DNA from: an uncultured Actinomycetes bacterium
GTDB taxonomy: Bacteria; Actinomycetota; Actinomycetes; Nanopelagicales; Nanopelagicaceae
Length of the DNA stretch: 50,426 bases
NCBI GenBank assembly: GCA_903938735.1
Contig: CAJAEK010000130.1
Coordinates: 1-50,426, forward strand
Direction: 5' to 3'
Positions 18,592 to 28,834 of the stretch are shown piece after piece. Numbering within the stretch: the first letter of the stretch is position 1; each line of letters starts with the position of its first letter. The notes under the pieces were generated by a model. It saw only the letters and a list, made by a program, of their open reading frames with translations. It did no database searches and was not told the DNA's origin. The translations under genes and the position numbers were made by a program.

Positions 18592-19038
18592 TTATCCCTC
18601 GTTCTTTCCGGTTGCTTGTAATGAAGCATCTTTAAAAGCCATCCATCCGAGCAATGCGCACTTTACTCGAGCCGGGAACTTCGAGACACCGGCTAGCGCC
18701 ACGGCGTCATCCAACGTTTCCTCGTTGCCGTTAAGAGTGCCCTTGCTCTGCATCAACTCCGTGAATTCATCGACCACAGAGAGCGCTTCAGGGACTTCTT
18801 TGCCAATCATCAAATCCGTCATGATTGAGGTACTCGCCTGCGAGATGGAGCATCCCACTCCGTCCCAGCTGACATCTTTAACTTTGGAGCCATCTAGAAT
18901 CAAGTTAAGCGTAATTTCATCGCCACACGAAGGATTCACGTGATGAACCGAAACCGTTGGATTCGCACTCAACTTCTTATGGGCAGGATTCTTATAGTGG
19001 TCCAGGATGACCTCTTGATAGAGCGAGTCGAGTTCCAT
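18592..19038 (-). CDS. sufU: SufU sulfur-transfer protein
   Basis: LYQEVILDHY, NPSCGD, GCSISQAS, RVKCALL. Confidence 0.95.
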   Translation of the reverse strand: MELDSLYQEVILDHYKNPAHKKLSANPTVSVHHVNPSCGDEITLNLILDGSKVKDVSWDGVGCSISQASTSIMTDLMIGKEVPEALSVVDEFTELMQSKGTLNGNEETLDDAVALAGVSKFPARVKCALLGWMAFKDASLQATGKNEG

Positions 19039-19040
19039 GG

Positions 19041-20291
19041 TTAGACCTTAAAATATTTCTGAACTTGGCGAACGCCATCGACCAAGGCATCAACATCTGC
19101 GTGATCGTTATAGATGTAGAACGAGGCACGAGTTGTGCCGACGACATGCATCTTGCGCATCAATGGCCAAGCACAGTGATGGCCGGTGCGGACCGCGATG
19201 CCGTATTGATCCAAGACCTGACCGACATCGTGTGGATGCGCGCCTTCAACAGTGAAGGAGAGAACCGCTCCCCTCATCTCAATATTCTTTGGTCCAATAA
19301 CCTCTACTCGGTCGAGCTCGGAAAACTTCTTCAACGCATACTCCGTGAGTTCGCGCTCGTGACTCTCGATTTTATCCATCCCCAGGGCCGTTAAATATTT
19401 AAGTGCAGCAGCCAACCCCACCGCCTGTGCCATATTAGGAACGCCCGCTTCAAACTTTCGAGGAGCCGGTGCCCACGTGGCCTCTGTCATGGTCACGCTT
19501 TCGATCATAGAACCGCCCGTAAGGAATGGTTCCATCTCACGGAGATGCTCTGCCTTGCCCCAGAGGACACCAACGCCGGTCGGGCCTAGTGCCTTGTGGC
19601 CTGAGAACGCTAGGAAATCAACTCCGAGGCTTTTCACATCGATCGCGAAGTGCGGAACGGATTGACATGCATCTAGAACAACAACGGCGCCAACCTCATG
19701 CGCGCGCTTCACAATTGCATCCAACGGATTGATGGTTCCGAGCACATTCGATTGATGAGTGATCGCAACAACTTTGACGTCCGGCTTAATGACTTCCTCA
19801 AGATTGGATAGGTCTAACCGTCCGTCTTCGGTTACCGGAAACCACGAAAGCGAAGCACCAGTGCGCTTTGCCAACTGTTGCCATGGGATCAGGTTCGCGT
19901 GATGCTCCATCTCGGAGATCACGATGCTGGAACTCGAATCCAGATAGAAGCGGTTGGAGCTATCGGAATTGCCAAATGAATAGGCAACCAGATTAAGGCT
20001 CTCGGTCGCTGATTTGGTGAAGATGATTTCATCATCGGTTGCGCCCAGAAATTGCGCGACGGTTGACCGAGCGCCTTCGTATAACTCGCTCGCCTCTTCC
20101 GCCAAAAGATGCGCGCCCCGATGTACTGCTGCATTGTGCTTCTCGTAGAACTCTCGTTCGGCATCCAAAACTTGGATTGGCTTCTGAGCTGTTGCGCCGC
20201 TATCCAAATAGACCAACCGAGATCCGCCGCGCATGACTTTAGTGAAGATAGGAAAGTCCTTCTTCAATAGCGCGACGTCAAGGTTGGTCAT
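19041..20291 (-). CDS. sufS: Cysteine desulfurase
   Basis: YLDSGATAQKP, MEHHANLIPWQ, FSGHK (PLP lysine), RTGHHCA. Confidence 0.97.
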   Translation of the reverse strand: MTNLDVALLKKDFPIFTKVMRGGSRLVYLDSGATAQKPIQVLDAEREFYEKHNAAVHRGAHLLAEEASELYEGARSTVAQFLGATDDEIIFTKSATESLNLVAYSFGNSDSSNRFYLDSSSSIVISEMEHHANLIPWQQLAKRTGASLSWFPVTEDGRLDLSNLEEVIKPDVKVVAITHQSNVLGTINPLDAIVKRAHEVGAVVVLDACQSVPHFAIDVKSLGVDFLAFSGHKALGPTGVGVLWGKAEHLREMEPFLTGGSMIESVTMTEATWAPAPRKFEAGVPNMAQAVGLAAALKYLTALGMDKIESHERELTEYALKKFSELDRVEVIGPKNIEMRGAVLSFTVEGAHPHDVGQVLDQYGIAVRTGHHCAWPLMRKMHVVGTTRASFYIYNDHADVDALVDGVRQVQKYFKV

Positions 20292-20317
20292 ATGAGTTCG
20301 ATGTTGGATTGGTTAGA

Positions 20318-21070
20318 TCAGACAGTTGCGTATTCGGCGTAGCCATTAGCCTCGAGCTTGTCGGCCAATTCAGGACCGCCTGCTTCGACGATGCGGCCAG
20401 CAGAAAAGACGTGAACGAAATCGGGCTTGATGTATCGCAAAATGCGCGTGTAGTGGGTGATCAGCATGATTCCCAAGTCGTTCGTACTCTTCACGCGGTT
20501 AACGCCTTCCGAAACGATACGAAGTGCATCGACATCCAAACCAGAGTCGGTCTCATCGAGAATGGCAATCTTTGGCTTGAGCAATTCCATCTGCAAGATT
20601 TCATGACGCTTCTTCTCGCCGCCCGAGAAGCCCTCATTCACGCTGCGTTCGGCAAATGCTGGATCCATCGAAAGCTCGGCCATAGCTTCTTTTACTTCGC
20701 CGACCCAGGTACGAACCTTTGGAGCCTCGCCACGAATCGCGGTTACCGCAGTACGCAAAAAGTTCGAGACCGATACGCCTGGCACCTCTACTGGATACTG
20801 CATCGCTAAGAACAAACCTGCCTTAGCTCGCTCATCCACGCTCATCGCAAGAACATCTGCGCCATCGAGCGTGACTGATCCACCAGTAATCGTGTACTTC
20901 GGATGGCCGGCAATCGAGTAAGCAAGAGTGGACTTGCCGGATCCGTTAGGTCCCATGATTGCGTGAGTCTCACCCGACTTAATAGTGAGGTCGACGCCCT
21001 TCAGAATCTCTTTGAAACCTTCGTCAGTCGCAACCGCAACCTGCAAGTTCTTGATCTCTAATGTGCTCAT
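20318..21070 (-). CDS. sufC: Fe-S assembly ATPase
   Basis: GPNGSGKST, NEGFSGGEKKR, LDETDSGLD. Confidence 0.98.
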   Translation of the reverse strand: MSTLEIKNLQVAVATDEGFKEILKGVDLTIKSGETHAIMGPNGSGKSTLAYSIAGHPKYTITGGSVTLDGADVLAMSVDERAKAGLFLAMQYPVEVPGVSVSNFLRTAVTAIRGEAPKVRTWVGEVKEAMAELSMDPAFAERSVNEGFSGGEKKRHEILQMELLKPKIAILDETDSGLDVDALRIVSEGVNRVKSTNDLGIMLITHYTRILRYIKPDFVHVFSAGRIVEAGGPELADKLEANGYAEYATV

Positions 21071-21089
21071 AGTTTTCTCTCTCTCGGTC

Positions 21090-21389
21090 TTAATTCTTAG
21101 TAACGGTTACGGTGTCGCCGGAACGAGCGACAGAAAAGGTTTCTAGCGCGATGGTTGCGGGCGGGGTGAGCGCCGCGCCATCGCGGATATCGAATTCGGC
21201 TCCATGCAACCAGCACTCAAGCTTGAAACCATTGAGCTCGCCTTCTGCTAGCGATGCGTCAGAGTGAGTGCAAATATCGGCTACTGCATACACCTCATCG
21301 CCAACACGTGCCACACAGACTCCGACGCCATCAACCTCGATGCGCTGAGGCTTGCCAGCAGTTAATGAATCAAATGGAATTGATGTCAT
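21090..21389 (-). CDS. Rieske-type 2Fe-2S ferredoxin
   Basis: CTH...CWLHG ligand pattern, inside the suf operon. Confidence 0.93.
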   Translation of the reverse strand: MTSIPFDSLTAGKPQRIEVDGVGVCVARVGDEVYAVADICTHSDASLAEGELNGFKLECWLHGAEFDIRDGAALTPPATIALETFSVARSGDTVTVTKN

Positions 21390-21391
21390 TG

Positions 21392-22468
21392 TTATGCACC
21401 AACCTTTGCTAGGTCGCGATCGATGCGCTCCATGATTCGCTCTTGGATCGATTCCGATCCAATCTTGGAAGCAATTTCAGCGAAGAATCCACGAATAACC
21501 AACCGACGAGCTTCTTCGGCAGGTATGCCGCGTGACTCGAGGTAAAAGAGTTGTTCGTCATCGAAGCGACCGGTAGTACTTGCGTGCCCGGCGCCAACGA
21601 TCTCACCCGTTTCAATCTCTAGGTTCGGAACTGAGTCGGCGCGTGCGCCATCAGTAAGCAGAAGGTTGCGATTGAGTTCGTATGTATCAGTTCCTTCAGC
21701 CGCAGCTCGGATATAGACATCACCAATCCATACGGTGCGCGCCTTATCGCCAGCGAGCGCGCCCTTGTAATTCACGCGGCTTTTGGCATGTCCAACATTG
21801 TGGTCGACATGAATACGGTGCTCGAGGTGTTGACCATCCGTCGCAAAGTACAAACCATTCAATTCAGCGCTGGCGCCAGGGCCGCGATACTCCACTGTTG
21901 GAAGGATGCGAACGAGCGAACCGCCTACGGAGACAATTGTGGAGATGAACGTTGCGTCCTTGCTGACCAGAGCGTGATGGCGAGCCAAATAAACCGAATC
22001 GCTCTCCCACTCCTGCAATGAAACGACGGTGAGCTGCGATCCATCGGCCAAGTCGTACTCAATATCTTCGGCGAGAATCGCCTTACCTTGATTTTCAAGG
22101 ATTACTCGCGCGTGAGCGTGAGTCCCTATCTTGATCACAAGGCGACTTGCAGCACGCTCGGCGATCTGTGGAATGCGCGAAAGAATTAACGGCTCGGACA
22201 ATTCGGTATTCGCCGCGATTGTCAGTACTAGTGCTTCACCTTGCGCCGCGCGTACTCGGAGTGTGGCCTCGTCTGTCGTCGAAGAGAGCGGAGCCATAGC
22301 CAGGTTTTCCAGCGTCACACCAGTGGGCAGGTTTGAGGCAGTAAACGAATTCTGGGGAACCATAGTTGTTGCTGCATCGAGGATGCCAGCCAGGCGATTG
22401 AGCGGTGTGAAGCGCCATGCTTCCTCGCGCCCGCTCGGCGCCAAGTAGTTAGTAGTCAGTGTGCTCAT
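21392..22468 (-). CDS. sufD: Fe-S assembly protein SufD
   Basis: EEAWRFTP, PNLEI, GHASTTG, FYLESRGI. Confidence 0.95.
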   Translation of the reverse strand: MSTLTTNYLAPSGREEAWRFTPLNRLAGILDAATTMVPQNSFTASNLPTGVTLENLAMAPLSSTTDEATLRVRAAQGEALVLTIAANTELSEPLILSRIPQIAERAASRLVIKIGTHAHARVILENQGKAILAEDIEYDLADGSQLTVVSLQEWESDSVYLARHHALVSKDATFISTIVSVGGSLVRILPTVEYRGPGASAELNGLYFATDGQHLEHRIHVDHNVGHAKSRVNYKGALAGDKARTVWIGDVYIRAAAEGTDTYELNRNLLLTDGARADSVPNLEIETGEIVGAGHASTTGRFDDEQLFYLESRGIPAEEARRLVIRGFFAEIASKIGSESIQERIMERIDRDLAKVGA

Positions 22469-23883
22469 TAACCAACCGCGCCTTCCATTTGCAGCTCGAT
22501 CAAGCGATTGAGTTCCAGTGCATATTCCATCGGCAACTCACGAGCGATTGGCTCGATGAAACCACGAACGATCATCGCCATTGCTTCATCTTCAGAGAGT
22601 CCGCGCGACATCAGATAGAAGAGCTGATCATCGGAAATCTTCGAGACGGTCGCCTCGTGACCCATCGATACGTCATCCTCACGAATATCTACATAAGGAT
22701 ATGTATCAGATCGAGAGATGGTGTCCACCAAGAGCGCATCGCACTTAACAGTGGACTTAGAGTGGTGAGCACCTTCCTGAACCTGAACCAGTCCGCGATA
22801 CGAGGTACGTCCCCCACCGCGCGCTACTGACTTGGAGATGATCGTTGATGATGTGTGAGGTGCTGCGTGAACCATCTTCGCACCAGCATCTTGATGTTGT
22901 CCGGCGCCGGCAAAGGCGATTGACAAGGTCTCGCCCTTGGCATGTGGCCCCATCAAGAAGACTGCTGGGTACTTCATGGTGACCTTTGAGCCAATGTTTC
23001 CGTCAATCCATTCCATCGTTGCACCTTCGGCACATGTCGCACGCTTGGTCACAAGGTTGTAGACGTTATTCGACCAGTTTTGGATCGTGGTGTAACGAAC
23101 GCGAGCACCCTTCTTGACGATGATTTCTACGACCGCGGAGTGCAGCGAATCAGATGAGTAAATCGGAGCAGTACAACCTTCGACATAGTGAATGTATGAA
23201 TCTTCGTCCGCGATGATCAAAGTGCGCTCGAACTGACCCATGTTCTCGGTGTTGATACGGAAATAGGCTTGCAGCGGAATATCCACCTTGACGCCCTTGG
23301 GTACGTAGATAAACGAACCGCCGGACCAGACCGAAGTATTTAGAGCGGCGAATTTATTGTCGCCCACTGGAATAACAGTGCCGAAATACTCTTGGAAAAG
23401 TTCTGGGTACTCGCGCAAACCAGTATCGGTATCTACAAAGATGACGCCCTGCTTCTCTAGATCTTCGCGAATCGAGTGATACACAACTTCGGATTCATAC
23501 TGAGCCGCTACGCCAGAGACCAAACGTTGCTTCTCCGCCTCTGGGATTCCGAGTCGGTCATAGGTGTTCTTAATGTCATCAGGCAAGTCATCCCATGTGG
23601 TTGCTTGCTTCTCCGTTGAGCGAACGAAGTACTTAATGGTGTCAAAGAAGATACCGGTCAAATCTGAACCCCAGTTTGGCATCGGCTTCTTCTCAAAGAG
23701 AGTCAATCCTTTTAGGCGTAGGTCGAGCATCCACTGTGGCTCGTTCTTTTTGGCTGAGATGTCGCGAACCACTTCTTCGTTCAGACCGCGACGCGAATTA
23801 GCGCCCACGTCATTCTTATCTGACCAGCCATATTCGTAGTTGCCAATTCCGGCTAGTTCAGGATGAAGTGTTGTGTCGCTCAT
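22468..23883 (-). CDS. sufB: Fe-S assembly scaffold SufB (start probably 23883)
   Basis: [27 protein letters not shown]. The ATG at 23883 overlaps the sufR stop (ATGA) and follows GAAGG. No intein. Confidence 0.97.
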   Translation of the reverse strand: MSDTTLHPELAGIGNYEYGWSDKNDVGANSRRGLNEEVVRDISAKKNEPQWMLDLRLKGLTLFEKKPMPNWGSDLTGIFFDTIKYFVRSTEKQATTWDDLPDDIKNTYDRLGIPEAEKQRLVSGVAAQYESEVVYHSIREDLEKQGVIFVDTDTGLREYPELFQEYFGTVIPVGDNKFAALNTSVWSGGSFIYVPKGVKVDIPLQAYFRINTENMGQFERTLIIADEDSYIHYVEGCTAPIYSSDSLHSAVVEIIVKKGARVRYTTIQNWSNNVYNLVTKRATCAEGATMEWIDGNIGSKVTMKYPAVFLMGPHAKGETLSIAFAGAGQHQDAGAKMVHAAPHTSSTIISKSVARGGGRTSYRGLVQVQEGAHHSKSTVKCDALLVDTISRSDTYPYVDIREDDVSMGHEATVSKISDDQLFYLMSRGLSEDEAMAMIVRGFIEPIARELPMEYALELNRLIELQMEGAVG

Positions 23884-24588
23884 TTCAGCACCTTCTCTTT
23901 TGGTTTGCTTGTTTTGTTTGGAATATTTGTGTTGTTCGGAATAAAGGTGGTGCAAACGCCATCGCCATGCGCGATTGTTGCTAACCGTTGCACGTGTGTG
24001 CCCAAGAGTTCAGAGAATGCCGCAGTTTCAGCCTCGCATAGTTCTGGGAATGCTGACGCTACGTGCGCAATCGGGCAGTGATTCTGGCAGAGCTCCTCGC
24101 CTATCCCCTTACTGTGCACGTTGGCAGCGAATCCGTCGGCCGAAAGAAAATCTGCGAGCGCCTGACTCTTCGCCGCGATGCCATTTGCCTTGCTGACTTT
24201 CTCGGAAGCACGCTTCGCAATATCTTCGGCGCGAGTGCGCGCAAACTCGTTAACCAAGCCAGAACCAGACTTGCTTGCCATGAAGCGAAGTGCTGAGACA
24301 GCCAAGTCGTCATACGAATGTTCAAATTTCTCGCGACCTGAATCGGTAATAACAAATACCTTCGATGGTCGGCCGCGACCACGTTCTGCTGAGTTAAGCG
24401 TGCTCAGATGCGGTTCGCGTGCCTCGAGAATCCCCTCGTCGACCAACGCATCTAGGTGGCGGCGGATTCCCGCCGGGGTAATCGCAAGCTTTTGAGAGAG
24501 ATCGACCGCGGTAGCCGGGCCGCCCCTCCAGAATGGCGCGAGCGATTGCGGAGCGAGTTCCACCTGCTTCGACCTCATTCTTTTTCAC
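23880..24588 (-). pseudogene. sufR: SufR Fe-S-sensing repressor with a +1 frameshift near the 5' end (lesion or sequence error)
   Basis: GTG at 24588 gives KKNEVEAGGTRSAIARAILEG. The HTH and remainder (GPATAVDLSQKL, IRRHLD, GRGRP, HCP..LC..GVC) continue in another frame. Removing one G from the G4 run at 24523-24526 joins them into 235 aa. Confidence 0.85.
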
Positions 24589-24601
24589 AACACTAGTGTT
24601 G
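24588..24601. promoter_or_regulatory. SufR operator CAAC-N6-GTTG
   Basis: Perfect 14 bp palindrome CAACACTAGTGTTG overlapping the first base of the sufR GTG start. It matches the SufR site described for Streptomyces and cyanobacteria. Confidence 0.85.
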
Positions 24602-24671
24602 CGTAAATAGGGGCTATCCGCCACTTGAAGCCCGTACCGCCACTTGCAGCCCGCTCAGATAGGCTCAGGGG

Positions 24672-25556
24672 GTGAAGCTGAAAAAGACGATATTCAACGC
24701 TCTCCTCTTCTTTCAAGCAGCTCTCGTGGTGACCGGCGGCGCGGTTCGCCTCACCGGCTCCGGGCTGGGATGCCCAACCTGGCCAACCTGCACCGGCTCC
24801 TCCATCAGCCCAGTACCCCATCAGGCGCAGGGCACGCTCCACTCATGGATTGAGTTCGGAAACCGACTCCTCACTATTGCCCTGGTTATCGCCTCCGTAG
24901 TAGCGCTGGTCGCAACCGTGAAATGGAGCAAGAATCGCATCGATCGTCGTCGGGTTCGCTGGATTGCCATCTGGCAGCTGCTCGGCATCTTCGGCCAGGC
25001 CATTCTGGGCGGCATTACCGTCCTCACCAAGCTCAACCCGATCCCAGTCTCCGGTCACTTTTTACTCAGTATCGTCCTGATTGGCGGCGGACTTTCGTTG
25101 CGCCATCGGATGCTCGATCGTCCACGCGTAGCCACACTTCCTGTCACATGGAACATGGTTCGGGTCGTGGCTGCCCTCGCGGCCTTGGTCGTCACCGTCG
25201 GCACTTTGGTCACTGGTTCTGGCCCCCATGCCGGCGATATCCAAGCGAAGCGTTATCCCTTCGCACCACGCGAGATTTCTTATCTCCACGCCGACCTGGT
25301 GATTGCACTTGTTTGTTTGGCAATCGGCTTGTTGCTCATCATTCGCGTTTCGGAGACTGGTGAATCTAAGACGCGACTCACTCGCGCGCTCGAAATCTTC
25401 TTAATTACTTCCTTGGCTCAAGGTTTTATAGGATACGTCCAGTACTTCACGGGCTTGCCTGAAAGCCTGGTCGCCTTACATTTGCTCGGCGCCACAACGG
25501 TGTGGATCGCGGCGTGGAATGTCTATCTCACCGCCAAGCCCTCACAGCTCGCATAA
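24672..25556 (+). CDS. ctaA: Heme A synthase (COX15/CtaA family)
   Basis: VRLTGSGLGCPTWPTC, IEFGNR, GPHAG, multiple TMs with conserved His (GHFL, LHAD, LHLLG). Confidence 0.9.
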   Translation: MKLKKTIFNALLFFQAALVVTGGAVRLTGSGLGCPTWPTCTGSSISPVPHQAQGTLHSWIEFGNRLLTIALVIASVVALVATVKWSKNRIDRRRVRWIAIWQLLGIFGQAILGGITVLTKLNPIPVSGHFLLSIVLIGGGLSLRHRMLDRPRVATLPVTWNMVRVVAALAALVVTVGTLVTGSGPHAGDIQAKRYPFAPREISYLHADLVIALVCLAIGLLLIIRVSETGESKTRLTRALEIFLITSLAQGFIGYVQYFTGLPESLVALHLLGATTVWIAAWNVYLTAKPSQLA

Positions 25557-25622
25557 CTTACACAACTCACACAACCTAAGAACGCAGATAACGTCAATAA
25601 CGAGAAAGCACGGTTCTATTTC

Positions 25623-27686
25623 ATGTCAACAGCAACATCGCTCACACCTTGGACCGATCTAGACGAGAAGGCCGTTGCATCTGCTCGGGCGCTCGCCGCC
25701 GATGCAGTACAAAAGGTAGGAAATGGCCATCCAGGTACCGCGATGTCATTGGCGCCAGTTGCTTACACGCTCTTTCAACGTTTTTTAAAGCACGATCCAC
25801 TGCGCCCAGATTGGTTGGGTCGCGATCGCTTCGTCCTTTCGTGCGGTCACTCATCGCTCACTCTTTATATTCAGCTCTTTCTCTCGGGCTATGGCCTCGA
25901 GCTCAAGGATCTTGAATCGTTCCGCTTTGCTGACTCGTTAACACCAGCGCACCCTGAATACGGTCACACCAAGGGCGTGGAAATTACGACCGGTCCATTG
26001 GGCTCTGGTATCGCAAGTGCAGTTGGTATGGCGATGGCCGCTCGCTACGAGAAGGGCTTGTTCGATCCGGAGTCGAAGACCTCGCTCTTTGACCACAACG
26101 TCTGGGTTATTTGTTCGGATGGCGATCTACAAGAAGGCATCAGCGCCGAAGCTTCGTCACTTGCGGGAACCCAATCACTCGGAAACCTGAAGGTCATTTA
26201 CGACGACAACCGCATCTCCATCGAGGGCGATACTCACGTCGCCTTTACCGAAGATGTCAGCGCTCGTTACCGCGCCTACGGCTGGAACGTCATCGAAGTT
26301 GCAGCGCTCGCTGATGGAAACGTGGATCGCAACGCACTCGAAGCAGCAATGACCGCTTCGCTTAACGAAACCACGAAGCCAACTCTTATTCGTCTGAAGA
26401 CCGTTATTGCCTGGCCCGCACCAAAGGCGCGCGGTACCGCAAAGTCACACGGTTCCGCACTGGGTGCCGAAGAAGTCGCGGCAACCAAGGTTGCGCTCGG
26501 ACTTGATCCAGAGAAGTCATTCCAAATTGGCGATGATGTTCTTGCGCACGCGCGCGCTGTTCAACAACGCGGTGCAGCTGCTGCAGCGGCATGGGATGCC
26601 GAATTCTCTAAGTGGGAGTCAGCCAACCCAGATCGCGCTGCACTTCTGAAGCGTCTTCGCAACCATGAATTGCCTGCTGGCTGGGAGAAGTCACTTCCGG
26701 TTTTCGAGGCTGGCAAGGATGTTGCAACCCGCGCCGCATCGGGCAAGGTCATCAACGCGATTGCATCTGTGCTTCCTGAATTCTGGGGTGGATCGGCTGA
26801 CTTGGCGGAGAGCAACAACACGACCATTGAACACGGCGGTTCGTTCTTGCCTGCAAGTAGCGCGATGAAGGATGTCAATCCATACGGACGCATCATTCAC
26901 TTCGGTATCCGCGAACACGCGATGGGCGCTATCTTGAATGGCATCGCATTGCACGGCCTCACCAAATCATTCGGTGGAACATTCTTAGTATTCAGCGATT
27001 ACATGCGCGGCGCGGTTCGTCTTGCGGCCCTGATGGACATTCCATCGACCTTTGTATGGACGCACGATTCAATCGGCGTTGGTGAAGATGGTCCTACTCA
27101 CCAACCGGTTGAGCACGTAGCCTCATTGCGCTTGATTCCAAACTTTGCAGTTATTCGCCCCGCCGATGCGAATGAAACGTCGATCGCATGGCGCGAAGTC
27201 ATCACCCGCCAAAAGCCAGCTGGCTTTGCGCTCTCTCGCCAGAATTTGCCGGTCTTTGATCGCACTCTTCTGGCTTCAGCCGAAGGAACCGCTAAGGGCG
27301 CTTATGTCCTTGTCGGTACCGACGGAACTCCCGATGTAATTCTGATTGCCACCGGTTCGGAAGTATCTGTAGCGGTTGCTGCAGCAGAACTTTTGAAGTC
27401 CGAAGGTGTCAAAGCCCGCGTCGTGAGCGCTCCGTGCTTGGAGTGGTTCGAGGCCGAAGGCGCTTCCTACCGCGAATCAATTCTTCCAGCGGGCGTTAAA
27501 GCACGCGTAGCCATCGAAGCAGGCGTAGGCGCTGGTTGGCGCAATTACGTCGGCGATGCGGGCGAAATCGTCTCGCTCGAGCATTTCGGCGCATCGGCTG
27601 CAGCAACGCATCTCTTTAAGCAATATGGCTTTACGGCTGAGAACGTTGCAGCGGCAGCCAAGAAGAGCATCGCCAACGCTCGATAA
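25623..27686 (+). CDS. tkt: Transketolase
   Basis: GHPG, DRFVLSCGH, TTGPLG, DGDLQEG, FGIREHAM, THDSIGVGEDGPTHQP. Confidence 0.98.
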   Translation: MSTATSLTPWTDLDEKAVASARALAADAVQKVGNGHPGTAMSLAPVAYTLFQRFLKHDPLRPDWLGRDRFVLSCGHSSLTLYIQLFLSGYGLELKDLESFRFADSLTPAHPEYGHTKGVEITTGPLGSGIASAVGMAMAARYEKGLFDPESKTSLFDHNVWVICSDGDLQEGISAEASSLAGTQSLGNLKVIYDDNRISIEGDTHVAFTEDVSARYRAYGWNVIEVAALADGNVDRNALEAAMTASLNETTKPTLIRLKTVIAWPAPKARGTAKSHGSALGAEEVAATKVALGLDPEKSFQIGDDVLAHARAVQQRGAAAAAAWDAEFSKWESANPDRAALLKRLRNHELPAGWEKSLPVFEAGKDVATRAASGKVINAIASVLPEFWGGSADLAESNNTTIEHGGSFLPASSAMKDVNPYGRIIHFGIREHAMGAILNGIALHGLTKSFGGTFLVFSDYMRGAVRLAALMDIPSTFVWTHDSIGVGEDGPTHQPVEHVASLRLIPNFAVIRPADANETSIAWREVITRQKPAGFALSRQNLPVFDRTLLASAEGTAKGAYVLVGTDGTPDVILIATGSEVSVAVAAAELLKSEGVKARVVSAPCLEWFEAEGASYRESILPAGVKARVAIEAGVGAGWRNYVGDAGEIVSLEHFGASAAATHLFKQYGFTAENVAAAAKKSIANAR

Positions 27687-27742
27687 TCACATTCAAAAGA
27701 TTCACATTCGAGTATTAACTAACCAAAAGAGGGACAACGAAT

Positions 27743-28834
27743 ATGTCAGAAAATTTGAAGCAGCTTTCCAACGCCGGCGTCGCGATTTGGCTCGATGATT
27801 TGTCGCGCGATCGACTCGAGTCCGGCACTTTGGCAGAGCTCATTAAGAGCTCCTCAGTAGTTGGCGTTACTACCAACCCAAGCATCTTCTCCGCCGCGAT
27901 CTCTGGCTCTGACAAGTACTCGGCTGATATCAAATCACTTGCTGCAGAAGGCAAGTCGATTGGCGAGATCGTCACCCGTCTCACCACCGATGACGTGCGT
28001 GCGGCCTGTGACCTCTTTCTTCCTACCTTCCAGGCATCAAACGGCGCAGATGGTCGTGTAAGCATCGAAGTCGATCCAGAACTCGCATATGACACCGCTG
28101 CGACCGTAAAGCGCGGACTTGAACTCGCAAAGATTGTTGACCGTCCTAACTTGCTGATCAAAGTGCCAGCGACGCTTGAAGGACTACCAGCGATCGAGGA
28201 ACTCACGGCCGAAGGCATCAGCGTCAACGTCACGCTGATCTTCTCTGTTGATCGCTACGAGAAAGTTATGGATGCATACCTGGCTGGACTTGAGCGTCGT
28301 CACAAGGCCGGCGAATCGCTGAAGGATGTTCACTCTGTAGCGTCATTCTTCATCAGTCGCATCGATGCCGAAATCGATAAGCGTCTGGATGCATCGCATC
28401 CTGGTCACGAGCTTCGCGGCGCGGCTGCTATTGCAAACGCCCACCTGGCCTATGAGGCGTTCCTCAAAGTCTCTGCATCTCCTCGCTGGGCAACCCTTGC
28501 AGCTGCGGGCGCGAACTATCAGCGTCCACTCTGGGCATCAACCGGCGTGAAGGACAAGGCATACGACTCCACACGCTACGTGATTGAGCTCGTCGCAGCA
28601 CACACGGTCAACACCATGCCAGAAGGCACTCTGAACGAAGTCCGTGCACACGGAGTTGTCCGAGGCGACACAATCACTGGAAAGTTCGATTAGGCTCGCG
28701 AAATATTTGCCGGTCTCGCTGCTGCGGGAATCGATTTCGCCGACGTTGTTAAGTTGCTCGAAGATGACGGCGTAAAGAAATTCGCAATCGCTTGGCAGGA
28801 GCTGCTCGCCAACATCGCACAGGTAGCAAAGTAA
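27743..28834 (+). pseudogene. tal: Transaldolase interrupted by an in-frame TAG at 28691-28693
   Basis: [23 protein letters not shown] (Schiff-base Lys), [14 protein letters not shown]. After the TAG the frame continues 46 codons of Tal-like C-terminus to TAA at 28832-28834, directly abutting pgi. Confidence 0.88.

Noticed and set aside
22468-23883. Possible SufB intein as in mycobacteria
   Set aside because: The protein is continuous and of normal length (471 aa), with no insertion.
23884-23955. N-terminal extension of SufB in the ORF track
   Set aside because: It overlaps the sufR 3' end. The ATG at 23883 has a ribosome-binding site and an ATGA overlap.
25557-27742. Short direct repeats in spacers (ACACAAC x2 before tkt, TCACATTC x2 before tal)
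   Set aside because: Only two copies of 7-8 bp in AC-rich spacers. Compatible with chance or unstructured translation enhancers; not CRISPR-like.
28691-28693. Pyrrolysine or genome-wide TAG reassignment as the explanation for the tal amber
   Set aside because: TAG ends many full-length genes in this window, no pyl genes are present here, and no convincing downstream recoding hairpin is visible.
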